Positions 50,624-64,000 of a DNA stretch of 64,000 bases are shown here, piece after piece. The notes beneath the pieces were generated by a model. It ran no database searches and was not told where the DNA came from. It saw nothing but the letters and a program-made list of their open reading frames with translations. The stretch is from Chlorokybus atmophyticus (lineage: Eukaryota > Plantae > Mesostigma and Chlorokybus algae): positions 207,297 to 271,296 of the forward strand of contig RHPI01000277.1 of assembly GCA_009103225.1 (NCBI GenBank), given 5' to 3'. Each line of letters begins with the position of its first letter. Within the stretch, counting starts at the first letter, position 1. The position numbers and the translations under genes are program-made.

Positions 50624-52181
50624 CTATCCAGGAAGCTGCTGCCACATATTGGTACCTGAGCTGAGTGTGTTGTGCTTCATCTCTGTCATGGGCTGCAGAA
50701 GTGCCCCAAAGCCGACAATGCCGGCAGCATACACCAGTAGCAGCACTGACGGGTACAGTCAACAGTCAACCAACGAGGCATAAGACAGCACCCAAGACAC
50801 TTTGCATTGCACTCACATCTCCGTAGAGGATGCTTGTGCAAGGCTTGAATATCTGGAAAGCCCATGTAGTTGCAGAAGACATGCGCACCGATTGGCGCCA
50901 TCAACTGACCTACACAGGGTGGAGTTGGTCTGAGGATGCCAACCTCACAGCACAGTAACAACCACTGTCGAACATGACGCCCACAGCAAAAACACTCGGC
51001 ACAAGTTGCCAGACTGTGGCATGCGAGTGTCAGCATACCTGTCATTGATGCAATGCAATGCTCAGCACACCTAAGCTCAACACACATCGCAACATGCTGC
51101 TGCAGCAGCATCGGTGTCATTAACAGCAGCAGAATGGACCTGGCCAATATGTCTGCGTACCTGTCCGCAGCAGGAGGTATGTGGCGTACCAGCCAAACAC
51201 TGTCGTGTAACTAAGCTGCACTCCTGCATGCATTTCAAAACTGCGCTCAGCGCCACAGGACGTGGGACGACGCCACTTACTGGCTTTGAAGCAACAGCTA
51301 AACAGCTGAGCACCTGATGTTAGCAGAGCTCTGGAGATGGGCTGCTGTTGCAGCCGCACAAGCTCCAGAGCATGATGTGCATGCGCTGCACATGCCACCC
51401 ATTCATCTCAGCATGGCACGTAATGGATCTTACGATGCATGCACTCCATGCGCGCGCACCTACTCCGAAAAATAGCGGACTGAGGAAAGTGATGGCTGAA
51501 CGCCACCATTTTGCATGAATCAGCAGGGCGCATGTGCAACCCCTGAACACAAACTCCTCACTCAATGGGGCCTGCACTGCAAACCCTCAGTGTTGTCAGC
51601 GACCAACCAAAACTTACGTCAGGGAGTTCACTCGAAGACAAGCAAGCATGCAGGCATTGAACTTAATGAGACTCACCACAACATAGTTTCGCCAGAAGCG
51701 CAAGTCTTTTAGTCCTCGCAATGCATCCGGCACCCTCCAACCAAGCCGTCCCTTGCTAGATCTTCTCTCATGCGGACTACACAACCAGGTGGCGATTGGG
51801 CCAGCGAACAGCACAGCCGTCAACGCCACTGCACGCAATGCAGCCTTGACCTGAGTACAGCATGTCTCATGTGTGACTGAGAATACTCCGGCATGCTTGC
51901 GGTGAATGCTAGGTGTCGGTCAGCACCTGTGTGGCAGGCGTCATGGAGATGCCGGCAGCGAGGCATGCTCCGCCGGTGGCATGCCACGTGGCGGCGGCGG
52001 CGATTGCGCAGGCGGCGACAGCGGACGCGCAGCGGCGGCGGATCACGGCGTGGTTGTCTCGGGGCAGCCCGGCGCATCCGGGCCACAGGTACAGAGACGC
52101 CACGTACAGCACCGAGATGCCCAAACTCCATGCCGCCCCCCGCAACGCTGTCGCCGCCGCCGCCGCCGCCGCCGCCGCCAT
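50624..52181 (-). CDS. RCE1: CAAX prenyl protease 2 (RCE1/FACE2), multi-exon
   Basis: LYVASLYLW, LTAVLFAGP, WRNYVV|APLSEEFVFRG, SPLFFGV-AHAHH, YTTVFGWYATYLLLRTG, APIGAHVFCNYMGFP. Last exon VYAAGIVGFGALLQPMT...PG*. Start codon tentative. Confidence 0.9.
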
Positions 52182-53825
52182 TGCGGATGATGCATGTGCT
52201 AAACAAAGTGGCCGCCCGCCCGGCGTATAGCGATCCGGCGGAACACATGCGCAACAGATAATTTCAAGTTGTACGTTCAACCCTTGACCGGATGTGTCAC
52301 AACAATATACACATACACGTACGTATAGTAAAGCACAGCAAGTACATAACTCAAACCACATGCCGCACTGAAAACTTGCAGACACATATGTGATATGCAC
52401 GTTATTCCTGCATACGAGTATGGTTATTGCTGGTATGCATATGCTAACTGCTTATGTAGTTTGTCAAGCAAAAAATAGCATTTTTATGCTTTATATGCAC
52501 TCAAATGCATTACAATGTATACGACACGAATTGCGCATCGCATGCGATACTCATTGAATTTTACAATCTACACGCGCGTGCGCACTCATACCAATGCATA
52601 TCAGTACTCAAATGCGTCACGTGACGCATATGTTAACGTATAACATATGCACGGATATGTACGTAATGCCGTTGCATGCATATTATTACTTAAGTTTAAT
52701 ACTGTTGAGGCATGCATTATGCTGTCCGTGACGGAGCGCACCACTTTCTACACCATCCATATCCCACCTGCAAAACCACTCACAGCAAGCACAAACATAG
52801 CACGTTGCTGTCCACCTACGAGGACCGCATACATAGGCAAAACTGACACATAAGTGCACGTTTGTGTACGCGTGCGTGTGCCCATGCACGTGTTATATCC
52901 GTATATTACCTTATGGTTAATTTCTCGCTTGCCTAAGCAGCTGTTGAGTTGGTTGTAGAGTCATTATCTGGTATCTGCAATGCAATGCAATCATGTGCAT
53001 AGAATTGTGCTCATGCACACATGCAAATCACACTCCTTGCATGCGCCATTACATGCTACATTGTACGTACATCCCTAATTGCATTCTGTGTTCATATGGA
53101 ATGGTGGGCTATAGTTGAGGTGTTGAGCTACGCCCCAAATACGGTTGCCTTTTTTTACCTATCACGTCTGCAATGTGCCTGGCTGTTGTTCACAAGTAGC
53201 TAAAGTTGGCATCCTCTTTCATAACGTACATACAGATGTAACCATGCATAGGGCACCCGCATGTAGCACTCATTGACTCTGCATGTATGTGCCTAGTTCT
53301 AGGGCCAAGCCATGTCTTAGTTTATGTTGTAAATGTGCTTGTCTTTGCCTTGGCCCCCGTGTAAAGTCATGTTTGCTGTTGTGTTGATTGCATCTGACCC
53401 CCTTTGCGAATTGAAGGTGTCATCATGAGTCCCTGAACCGACGGCGTTGCCACTCATGTTATGAGTCATCAATGAGTCATCATCAGCTTACGCGGGTGAA
53501 GGAGGTCGTCTGCCGTTGGAGGGCGGATGGGATGCACGCTATGAACCACTCATGTTACAAGTCATCAAAGAGCTTGCTGCGCAGCAACTCTTATGCTGTT
53601 CTGCATACAAGCAACAACTGGGCCCTGCGAAAAAACCCCAATCTCGAGACAGGGTTAGACTAGCGTGACAGTACAAACATGCTGCGCACACCAAATGCCA
53701 TACAACAACTTCATGCAGCAGTGGCTTGCAACCACTCAATCTTCCTGCAACAGATAATCAGCCCAGAGGCATGCTCTCATTCGGTTGAAGCTTGTTGACC
53801 GTGATAACTTAATAAGTGCACAATG

Positions 53826-56390
<2,565 letters not shown>

Positions 56391-57567
56391 GCCTGGCTTT
56401 GGCTTCGCGCGCGAACCGGCTGCATGACACAAAGCCGCTGTTTGAAATTACACACACCGACATTGCGAGCATGCTGCACGGAACACCTAGCGATAGCCAT
56501 GCGCTGGTTGTCGTGCTGTACGCTGAACTTGAAGCAATGCAGCTTGCCAAGGTCATTGGAGCAGAAGAAGCATGTTGACTTACGTGCACCGCTCATGTCG
56601 ACCACAAGCCCAGGCATGCGAACGCCCCAACCCCTGCAAGAGTTGTGTGGATGCTCCCAACGTCTGCGCTTCACTGCCGGCACATGCACTCCGCGCCACC
56701 TGCCGAATGCAAAGGCATGCCGCCAAACACCTCTGCCTCCATCTCCTCCAGTTAGTGAACTCTTCCTCCACCGCCGCCGCCGCCGCCGCCGCTGCCCATG
56801 CCGCGGTAACGGCTGCTGTTAGAACCAACGAAACAATGCTGCTGGAGTCTACTACACTGTACCAGCCTGATTCACATCAATGCAGCAGTCTGCTAGTGAA
56901 TCAGACTCTGATTCATGTCAGTCGAACAACTGTTGAATCCAACTAACCAAGCCCTGGCCACTTGGTTACAGCCTGGCTGGATGTTCGCGGTCAGGTGACG
57001 GCATTTGCTAACCGCAAACAGAAGCAAACCCTGACCCTAATCAATGCCTTGTTGGATGTGGATGTGGCAACAGCTTACATGTGCATTTGAAGAACAGTGT
57101 ATACTTACAGGGCATTGCACATGCGTCAAGGGAGGTTTTATTACGCTGTTTTGTAAGCATGTAGCGCGTGCGCTGTAGCGAGCACAAGCGTGGGCGATGC
57201 TCGTGTAAGAAGAGGCGGCAATGATAGCCATGCCCAATAATGGACTTCTTGTATACGCTTTCGCTGACAACGGAGGAAGGATTGGTGCAAATGAAATGAA
57301 TGCAAGCGCAACAACTTAATGTGTGTCATGCGTGATGCGTGTGTGGTTGGGCTTACTATGAAACCTGTAAACCATGTGCATGTACATTAAGAGCTAGCAA
57401 AAAATTGCAATTGAAAGTGTAGTCACGACATTGTCGCTAATGTTGCATCTATATGTTTTAATAATCTTACCAATCTTGCGATTATCTATTTGCGCGATAA
57501 TAAAATTGTGCTGTTAGTGTCATGGGACCCAATAATAACGCCACAATAGCCACAAAACACACTTTAT

Positions 57568-57650
57568 GCTTTTGTGGCCTAGTGGTTGGTTACATTAGTC
57601 ATCAGAGCATGAGACTCAAAGGTACTGAGGTCGAAACCGCTTCGCGGCAG
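57568..57650 (+). mobile_element. tRNA-derived SINE-like head (Pol III A and B boxes); second partial copy ~57972-58046
   Basis: A-box-like TGGCCTAGTGG, B-box-like GGTCGAAACC (57629-57638). AGAGCATGAGACTC (57604-57617) resembles, from recall, the D-arm/anticodon-stem segment of eukaryotic tRNA-Lys(CUU). Does not fold into a full cloverleaf. Confidence 0.55.
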
Positions 57651-58205
57651 ACCAAGAAGGATTCTTAAAGGTTGTTATTATCGATTTCAATAATGGGTCG
57701 CGCGCGGTTGCTCAACGCAACGAGCGACTTGCCGGACGGCAGTCGGTCATTTCGATGCGTCGCGCGTACCTGAAGCTGCCGCTAGGTAGTACCGCGCGAC
57801 TTGCATGACGGCGACTGACAGTTGGTCACTAAGCGGCGTAATGCGCGCTGCGACTGCTCAGTGATGATACACAAAGCGCTTCCACTGCTACGTGACAAGA
57901 TGCCCTGTGAAACTCACATCGAATGAGGACATTAGATGCCTAAGTGGGTGGAATGTCACGGGACGACCCGATAATAAGGCCACAATGGCCACAAGACACA
58001 CTTCGTGCTTTTGTGGCCTAGTAGTTCGTTACAGTTAGAGAGCATGATTGGTGCTTGGCGTAACGGCCCAACATGCATTGAGTTGTGGCTACTCGGTAAG
58101 GAAAAAGGGTTGTGACTACTAAGCTATGCCGTATGATATAAAATATATGGCTTAATTTTGTTGCTGTAGCAAATGAACTACAGGCAGGCAGGGGCAACTT
58201 GAGTA

Positions 58206-58208
<3 letters not shown>

Positions 58209-58236
<28 letters not shown>
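58209..58236. repeat. (AT)n microsatellite
   Basis: 14 AT units. Confidence 0.9.
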
Positions 58237-58239
<3 letters not shown>

Positions 58240-59645
58240 TGCAATCAGCTCAGTGCATGCATGGCGGTAGCAAGTAGACAGACATGCATGGATACGATAT
58301 GCAGCGCAGGGCAAAGTTTAATCGACCAATCTGTTGCACATAGGCTATGGTTAGGATTTATACGTAGCTACGCAACAGCCATTAAAAACAGTAGCAGGAA
58401 GGGCTTGTCTGTTTGCTTATATGCTTAGCTGGAACCCTCATGCTATATGCATCACTGAAACCTGGCAGGTTTGAATGTCGCTAAGAAGGCTGTGCTAAAG
58501 CAGAATTACATATGTATATGCGCACATGCTGAAGCGCATGTTTCAACATATACAGAAGGGGAGGCTGCTGGGGATGAAGTTGTAAATCCTTTCATCGCAA
58601 GACCTGCAAATTGCAGGTTGCAATAGTCATAATGTAGATGCGATCCGCTTCATTATTGCCTCCTGCCGGCAAACGCTGAAACTGTTTAAGATTTTGTTGT
58701 ACATTACATTACTTTGAGCGTAGCAATGCGTGTGTATGTGATTGGCAACAGCTTCATGACAGCTCAGCAATCGTTACACATGTGCGCGCATAGCATCATG
58801 TTGAAATTGATTGTAAAGCTACATTGTGGCAAAGGCACCTTAAGCTGATTGCAAGTCTGAGGATCGGTGTTGAAGCTGCCGAATCACGCTTTAGCCAACT
58901 TGACGCACGCACGCACGATGCATGCACGCACGTGTCATACAAACTTTAAGGAGCACATGGTATTGTTATAAATAGTTGTCAATTACGTGTGTTGTTAATC
59001 AAGCCCCTCTTTAATATTCTGGCAACAAAATTGTGCATGTCTTACAGTGGACAACTTTTCTAGCAATTGCATCCAATATTTTGTAATGTTTTTTACTATT
59101 GAGTAACAGGAGACGAAATAGCCAACCAGTGTTGAGCACATGGCGAGGATTGGTATACTATATTAGTGCCTACCCACAACCATGACTCTACATCACCATA
59201 TGTCCACGATAGACAGCAAGTGGGGGACTTCTCAATTCCCCCATATCTTAGCTCATTCTGCACAGCCACTTCTAAGCTGTGCATGCGTGCAGTACAGACA
59301 TTTGGAGCCCCTTGGTTGCTCGGTGATCCACATCAAGTATTAGGTAGCAACACATTAACTAAACAAGCTAGCTAGTGTACTTAGTTACTCAGCTCCGCGC
59401 ATGCCATCTGCCATTGTGAATTCACCATTGCAAATCCCGCAAGTTACATGTTACATTGAGGGGTGCGCGCAAGATTATGCTTGCATTTGCTTTGTTGTGC
59501 CTCATGCTGCACGCATAAATGAACAGCCAAACACTCACAGCAGGCATACTCACAGAACATTAAGCGCATGTTCTGTATCTCTCTTGACTGCCCCTAACAA
59601 ACAACTACCTGCCGCCGATTTGCCGCCAAAATCAATGAGGTAAAC

Positions 59646-62266
59646 CTAATGGTTTGCAATCGAATCAATCATGGCCTTGGCCAGGTACTCGCACTTGGCC
59701 AGATTGAGGCCTGCAAGGCTTATACGCCCATCCTTGGTCATGTACACATGGTGCTGGTTGGTCATGTTCTCGACCTGGTGGAACATGTCATTAGGTCTTT
59801 GTTGAGTTGAAACAAACAGGAAGTAGAGTGGCTACTGCTGTGATTACCTGAGCTGGTGTCATGCCAGTAAAAGAGAACATGCCAATCTGCTTCAAGATGA
59901 ATGACCAATCCTTTCCGCTCTTGTCCAACTCGGTGAGCTTCTCATACAGAGACTGGCGAACGCCCTTTATGCGGCCGGCCTATGGTTGGCATGGCGTAAG
60001 TACCACAGCTGCAAAATTGCGAACCCGAAGGCAACTCAGCAACAACCATACCATCATCTCCATCTCCTCATTCCACTTTTTGAAGAGGGCTGGGTCACCA
60101 ATAACAGTTGCTGCAATGCGGGCACCATGCACTGGAGGGTTGGAGTACATTGGTCGCGCAATGCGCTTCAGCTGACTTTGAACGCGGGTAGCAACGTCTG
60201 AGGAGTTGCAGACAACGTTCATAGCGCCCACACGCTCAGCATACCTGGGGGAGTCCAAGTTCTCAAATGCATTTGACCTGCAGGAACTGAGTACACCCCA
60301 CCAAGCAGCTGTGGCAGGGCTGCAGTCCAAACCAACATGCAAAACTGACATGCATGACATATCAGCGGTTAATCTGACTTACAGTCCCAGGTTCTTGGAG
60401 TAGGACTGGGCAACCAGCACCTCCATACCCCTCTTGACAAAGGAGCGGACTGAGGTAGCGTCTTGGTCCAAGCTGCCGCTGGCGAAGCCCTGCGGATGTA
60501 CTGTATAAGGTTTGCATAAGCAGAACAAGCACATCTGCGTCTACATGAACAGCCATGCATCTCGAGCAGCATGGCTGCTCGAGATGCCGCAGCCATGGCA
60601 CCTGGTAAGCAACATCAAAGAATGGAACATGACGCTTCTGTTGGATGACATCCGCAATTTTCTCCCACTGCTCTGGTGTGGGGTCAATGCCAGTGGGGTT
60701 GTGCGCGCAGCCGTGCAGCACGATGACAGAGCCTTCAGGAGCGGCCTGGATGTCGCGGACCATGCCCTCGAAGTCAAGACCAACCGTGTCCTTGTTGAAG
60801 TAGCTGTACTCCTTCCAGGTCACACCCGAATCAGTGAAGATGTTCTTGTGGTTGCCTGTAACAAATTGAATTCCGTAAGAACACTAGGCCCGCTGACTGA
60901 GAACTGGATGCAACTGGCACAGGGCTTACCCCAGGTTGGGTTTGAGATGTAAACAGTCGCGCCTGGGAGGTATCTTTGGATGAAAACGGCTCCAAGCCGC
61001 AGCGAACCAGTACCAGAGAGTCCCTGAAAGTAGCCCAGGTTCAGGGCCCCTTGTGATTAGCCCGGGCATGCCTGCTACAGCGACCATGCAACTACATGCA
61101 GCGTACTGATCAGCAAGCCTGCGACCAGCAATGTTTCTTACCTGCACTGTTGCAACGCGCTTCTCTGTGATTGCAGAATGTCCTGCGCCAAGCAGCAGCT
61201 CAACAGTTGCTTTGTTGAATGCCTGCAGGCCCTCGATTGGCAGGTACTCCTTGTTCTCATCGCTGTTCAGCATGCGTGTCTCAGCCTGTGATAGGTCATC
61301 ATGAGTTACACCTGATGTAGGTAAGAGCCAGCACAGTGAGTCACACCCAGTCAAACTATACTTGAATTTACCTCCTTCACGACCTCCAGAACGTAAGGCT
61401 TCAACTCCTCAGTGCGATAAGCACCCACACCCAAGTTCAGCTTTGATGGGCTTGTGTCCTTCTTGAAAGCGTCAGTGACACCCAAGATCGGATCCGGTGG
61501 AGCCTGAACATGCCGGGCATTACCATTTGTTGTTGCACAAAATGCAGCCACAATTTTCAAGCAGCTCATCAGCTGCGCTAGAGCTAGCTGCTGCGGAGGG
61601 CTTAAACCCCGTCCAAACTACTCTTGCAACCCTTAACACTCGACACAAACATTGATGGTATGCTGCTGAAGCAAATTAGTCACTGAACGGTATGTGTAAC
61701 GTACCTGTGTTACGCCTTCAAAGGTGGAGCGGTCTGCTGCGATTGCCATCCGTGTGGTATGGATGGTCCTACTCGACTGCAAAAGTATTCCACGATATAC
61801 ATGCGATCCACACCAACACGAATGTGTAGCAAAACATGCTACTGAAGCGCTACAAGCAAAATATCAGCGTCTGCCGCCAGCATTCTGTGTAATCTACCAT
61901 TTGAACATAATGCAGAAGCAGACCAAAACCGACGACGCACTGGAAGAGTTTTACCTGCACACGCAGGGAGGGTGGGAGCAGTCCACATCGCTTCAGAAGA
62001 GCACCAGCAGGCCTGAGGCCAGCTGCAGGCCGGGCATGCGCAGCCTGGTACAAAGATCGATTAGACAGCAGCACAGCCAATAGCAAATCGCACAGACAAT
62101 ACGTGCCAGCAAGCACTTCGTTGCTGCAGTCGCATAGCATGCATAACCCGATGTGGCAGTGTCCCCCACGCATGCACGCCTTGCCCGGCTGAGTGGCATG
62201 ATCTAATCAAACCTGCGTGGTAGCGAAGCTGAGAGACGCCGCCGCCTTCGCCGCCGCCGCCATCAT
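59646..62266 (-). CDS. ASP5: Aspartate aminotransferase, plastid-type (ASP5-like) with transit peptide, multi-exon
   Basis: Ala/Ser/Arg-rich N-terminus; STFEGVTQ|[57 protein letters not shown]|GFASG, PLP-lysine SYSKNLGL|[31 protein letters not shown]...IANH*. Confidence 0.96.
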
Positions 62267-62714
62267 TGGATGGTCAAACAAACTCACTGATGACTGCGAG
62301 AAGCAAACCAGCGACACGTATCCACCGCAAACTCGCTGTTGACAGCCAACTCAATGCCAACTGGATTGTAGGGAAACCACAAAGTCGTCACTGCTATTTC
62401 TCTTCCGTTTGGTCTCGAAGCGCCGGGCGGCCCCAGCGCAGGTCTTACTGTAGCAACGGACGTCATAGCGTTGCACAGACAGCAATGCAGCCGAAACAAC
62501 CGGTGTAAGACCAGTCTGTGTCGTGGTCGTCAACTTGTGTCGTGGTCAAGGCCCTTAGCGACACTTGAGGGCCTTAGCGAGCAGATAATGAGAGCAGGAA
62601 GCGCAAATGAGTCCGGCTTCGTATTTAGCGGCTTTTGGGACGACCGTGGAGACAATGAGACACCTTTTTTGGCCATGTTGCAACTAAATCCACTGCACAT
62701 AGCCTTGGTCACTT

Positions 62715-64000
62715 ATGCTGGCGTCAGCAATGCGGGCGGCGGTGGCGGGGAGGGCCCTGGCGAGGGCCACAAAGGTTGGAGCTGGTGTCGCATGGTACAG
62801 GACGGTGAGGTCGGTGACGACTGCGTCGCTGGAAAGTGGCGCTCAAGCGCTAGAGGAGGGTGAAGGCAGGTTATTGCATGAACAGCAGCAGCAGCGTCGC
62901 CTTCGGGAGCTGGAAGCTGGCACAAGTGGGCGTAGTCCAGCATGGGGAATATATGCTGAGGCAGTAGATATCACCAGCCTTCCGCGCCAAGAATTACGTC
63001 AGCGAGAGGCGCATGCACAATCTCAGGCATGCAGCGATCCAAGCAATGTGGCCTCCTTACAATCCGTAGTCTAGCATCGCTGTAGTGCAACCCTAGACTA
63101 GCCACTGCATCATGCATTAGCTGTTCAAGCGTTGTAAATCACACAGAGGTTCCGTCACGTCTGCAGCGTTGTGATCAGCATTGCCGTTTGCAAGCTTGCT
63201 AGGAGTCAATTGCTCAGCGGAAGCTTGTGTATGGGATCGGTGCTGTAGGGTTTCGGTGTCCATGTTGAAGGGCAGAGTATACTGAATTACATGTACAATT
63301 ATGTAACGTGCATGCAGCCATGTAAGTTCATATCGGTAGAGCGTTCGGCCGTTCTGAGTTGCAGCACATGCAGAAAGTTTCGCTCCAATTTGTTTTGGTT
63401 CTGGCGCTCTTACCAGAAGTGTTGGCGGGGTCATGCATCAGTGGTTGCACATGCAGAAAGTTACGCTCCAATTTTGTCGATCTGGCGCATACGTAACAGA
63501 AGTGTTGGCGGGGTCATGCATGATACCTCTCCTGAATACACTGTGATTGGACTTGTGGGAATGGGATTCAGTCACTGAGGTGGTAAAGAAGTTGAACTCA
63601 TGTGCTGTCTGTTTGTTGCAGGGTTTGGTGAGCGACATGTTGATAGATTCTTTTGGACGTCAGCACAACTACTTGAGAATTAGTCTTACCGAGAAGTGCA
63701 ATCTGCGGTGTAGATACTGCATGCCAGAGGATGGAGTGGATCTAACGGAAAAGTCGCAAACGCTCACAACAGCTGAGGTACTGCGTTGTGGATTGTTGGG
63801 CCTTTTTAAGGTTGCATGCTGAGAGCAATGGCGTTACACAGCAACATGTAGGTTTTGCATGGTGCGCCTGTGCAGTGCCGGCACAAACATCACTGTAATA
63901 GTGTTGCACGCTAACTATCATGTCTGTGTGCGCAGGTGGTGCGAGTGGCGGAGCTCTTTGTGGCAGGGGGTGTAGATAAAATACGGCTTACTGGAGGAGA
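62715..64000 (+). CDS. CNX2: GTP 3',8-cyclase (molybdenum cofactor biosynthesis CNX2/MoaA), 5' part, runs off the window
   Basis: [29 protein letters not shown] (radical-SAM CxxxCxxC) and [18 protein letters not shown]. The N-terminal targeting-like exon 62715-~62980 is less certain. Confidence 0.92.
63364..63521. repeat. Two-copy tandem duplication (~75 bp unit, 83 bp period) in a CNX2 intron
   Basis: GCACATGCAGAAAGTT(T/A)CGCTCCAATTT...CAGAAGTGTTGGCGGGGTCATGCAT at 63364-63438 and 63447-63521. Confidence 0.85.

Noticed and set aside
52151-52181. (GCC)n/poly-Ala runs near gene starts (also ~56770 and ~62240)
   Set aside because: Common low-complexity feature of GC-rich algal 5' ends; not distinctive.
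57098-57115. ATACTTAC as a U1 snRNA 5' end
   Set aside because: The match is only 8 nt, with no downstream U1 stem-loops or Sm site.
57540-57585. Hairpin followed by CTAG as a Helitron 3' end
   Set aside because: Similarity between the two copies continues ~30 nt past CTAG into tRNA-like sequence, so CTAG is part of the A-box, not a terminus.
57568-57650. Functional tRNA gene
   Set aside because: Enlarged D-loop, no canonical anticodon loop and no paired acceptor stem.

Overview
Eukaryotic nuclear DNA, most likely a green alga or early streptophyte. The evidence is short GT-AG introns, plant-type genes (GH100 invertase, CYP71, plastid ASP5, CNX2) and tRNA-iMet-type PBS chromoviruses; the taxon is inference. 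The left ~34.5 kb is a nested, decayed retroelement island with no host genes. It holds two structurally complete Ty3/gypsy chromoviruses (8670-14692 +, TSD GCAAT; 26901-33919 -, TSD ACATA), two tail-to-tail L1/Tx1-like LINEs, an RNase H-integrase-PHD LTR-element remnant, two older LTR-element remnants and a ~430 bp (GA)n tract. The right ~29.5 kb is gene-rich: CYP71/PPWD1, alkaline/neutral invertase, RCE1/FACE2, SRPK, plastid aspartate aminotransferase and CNX2 (partial). Between these genes lie a CRE-like RLE LINE split by a pogo-like TIR element, a 502 bp TRIM and a tRNA-derived SINE-like repeat. Best leads: (1) an N6-adenine-methyltransferase-like module in frame between gag and protease of a chromovirus; (2) an integrase carrying a PHD finger, with a second PHD remnant on the far side of an inserted chromovirus; (3) a TRIM with a tRNA T-arm-like segment beside its PBS. 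All calls are from manual reading; no searches were run.
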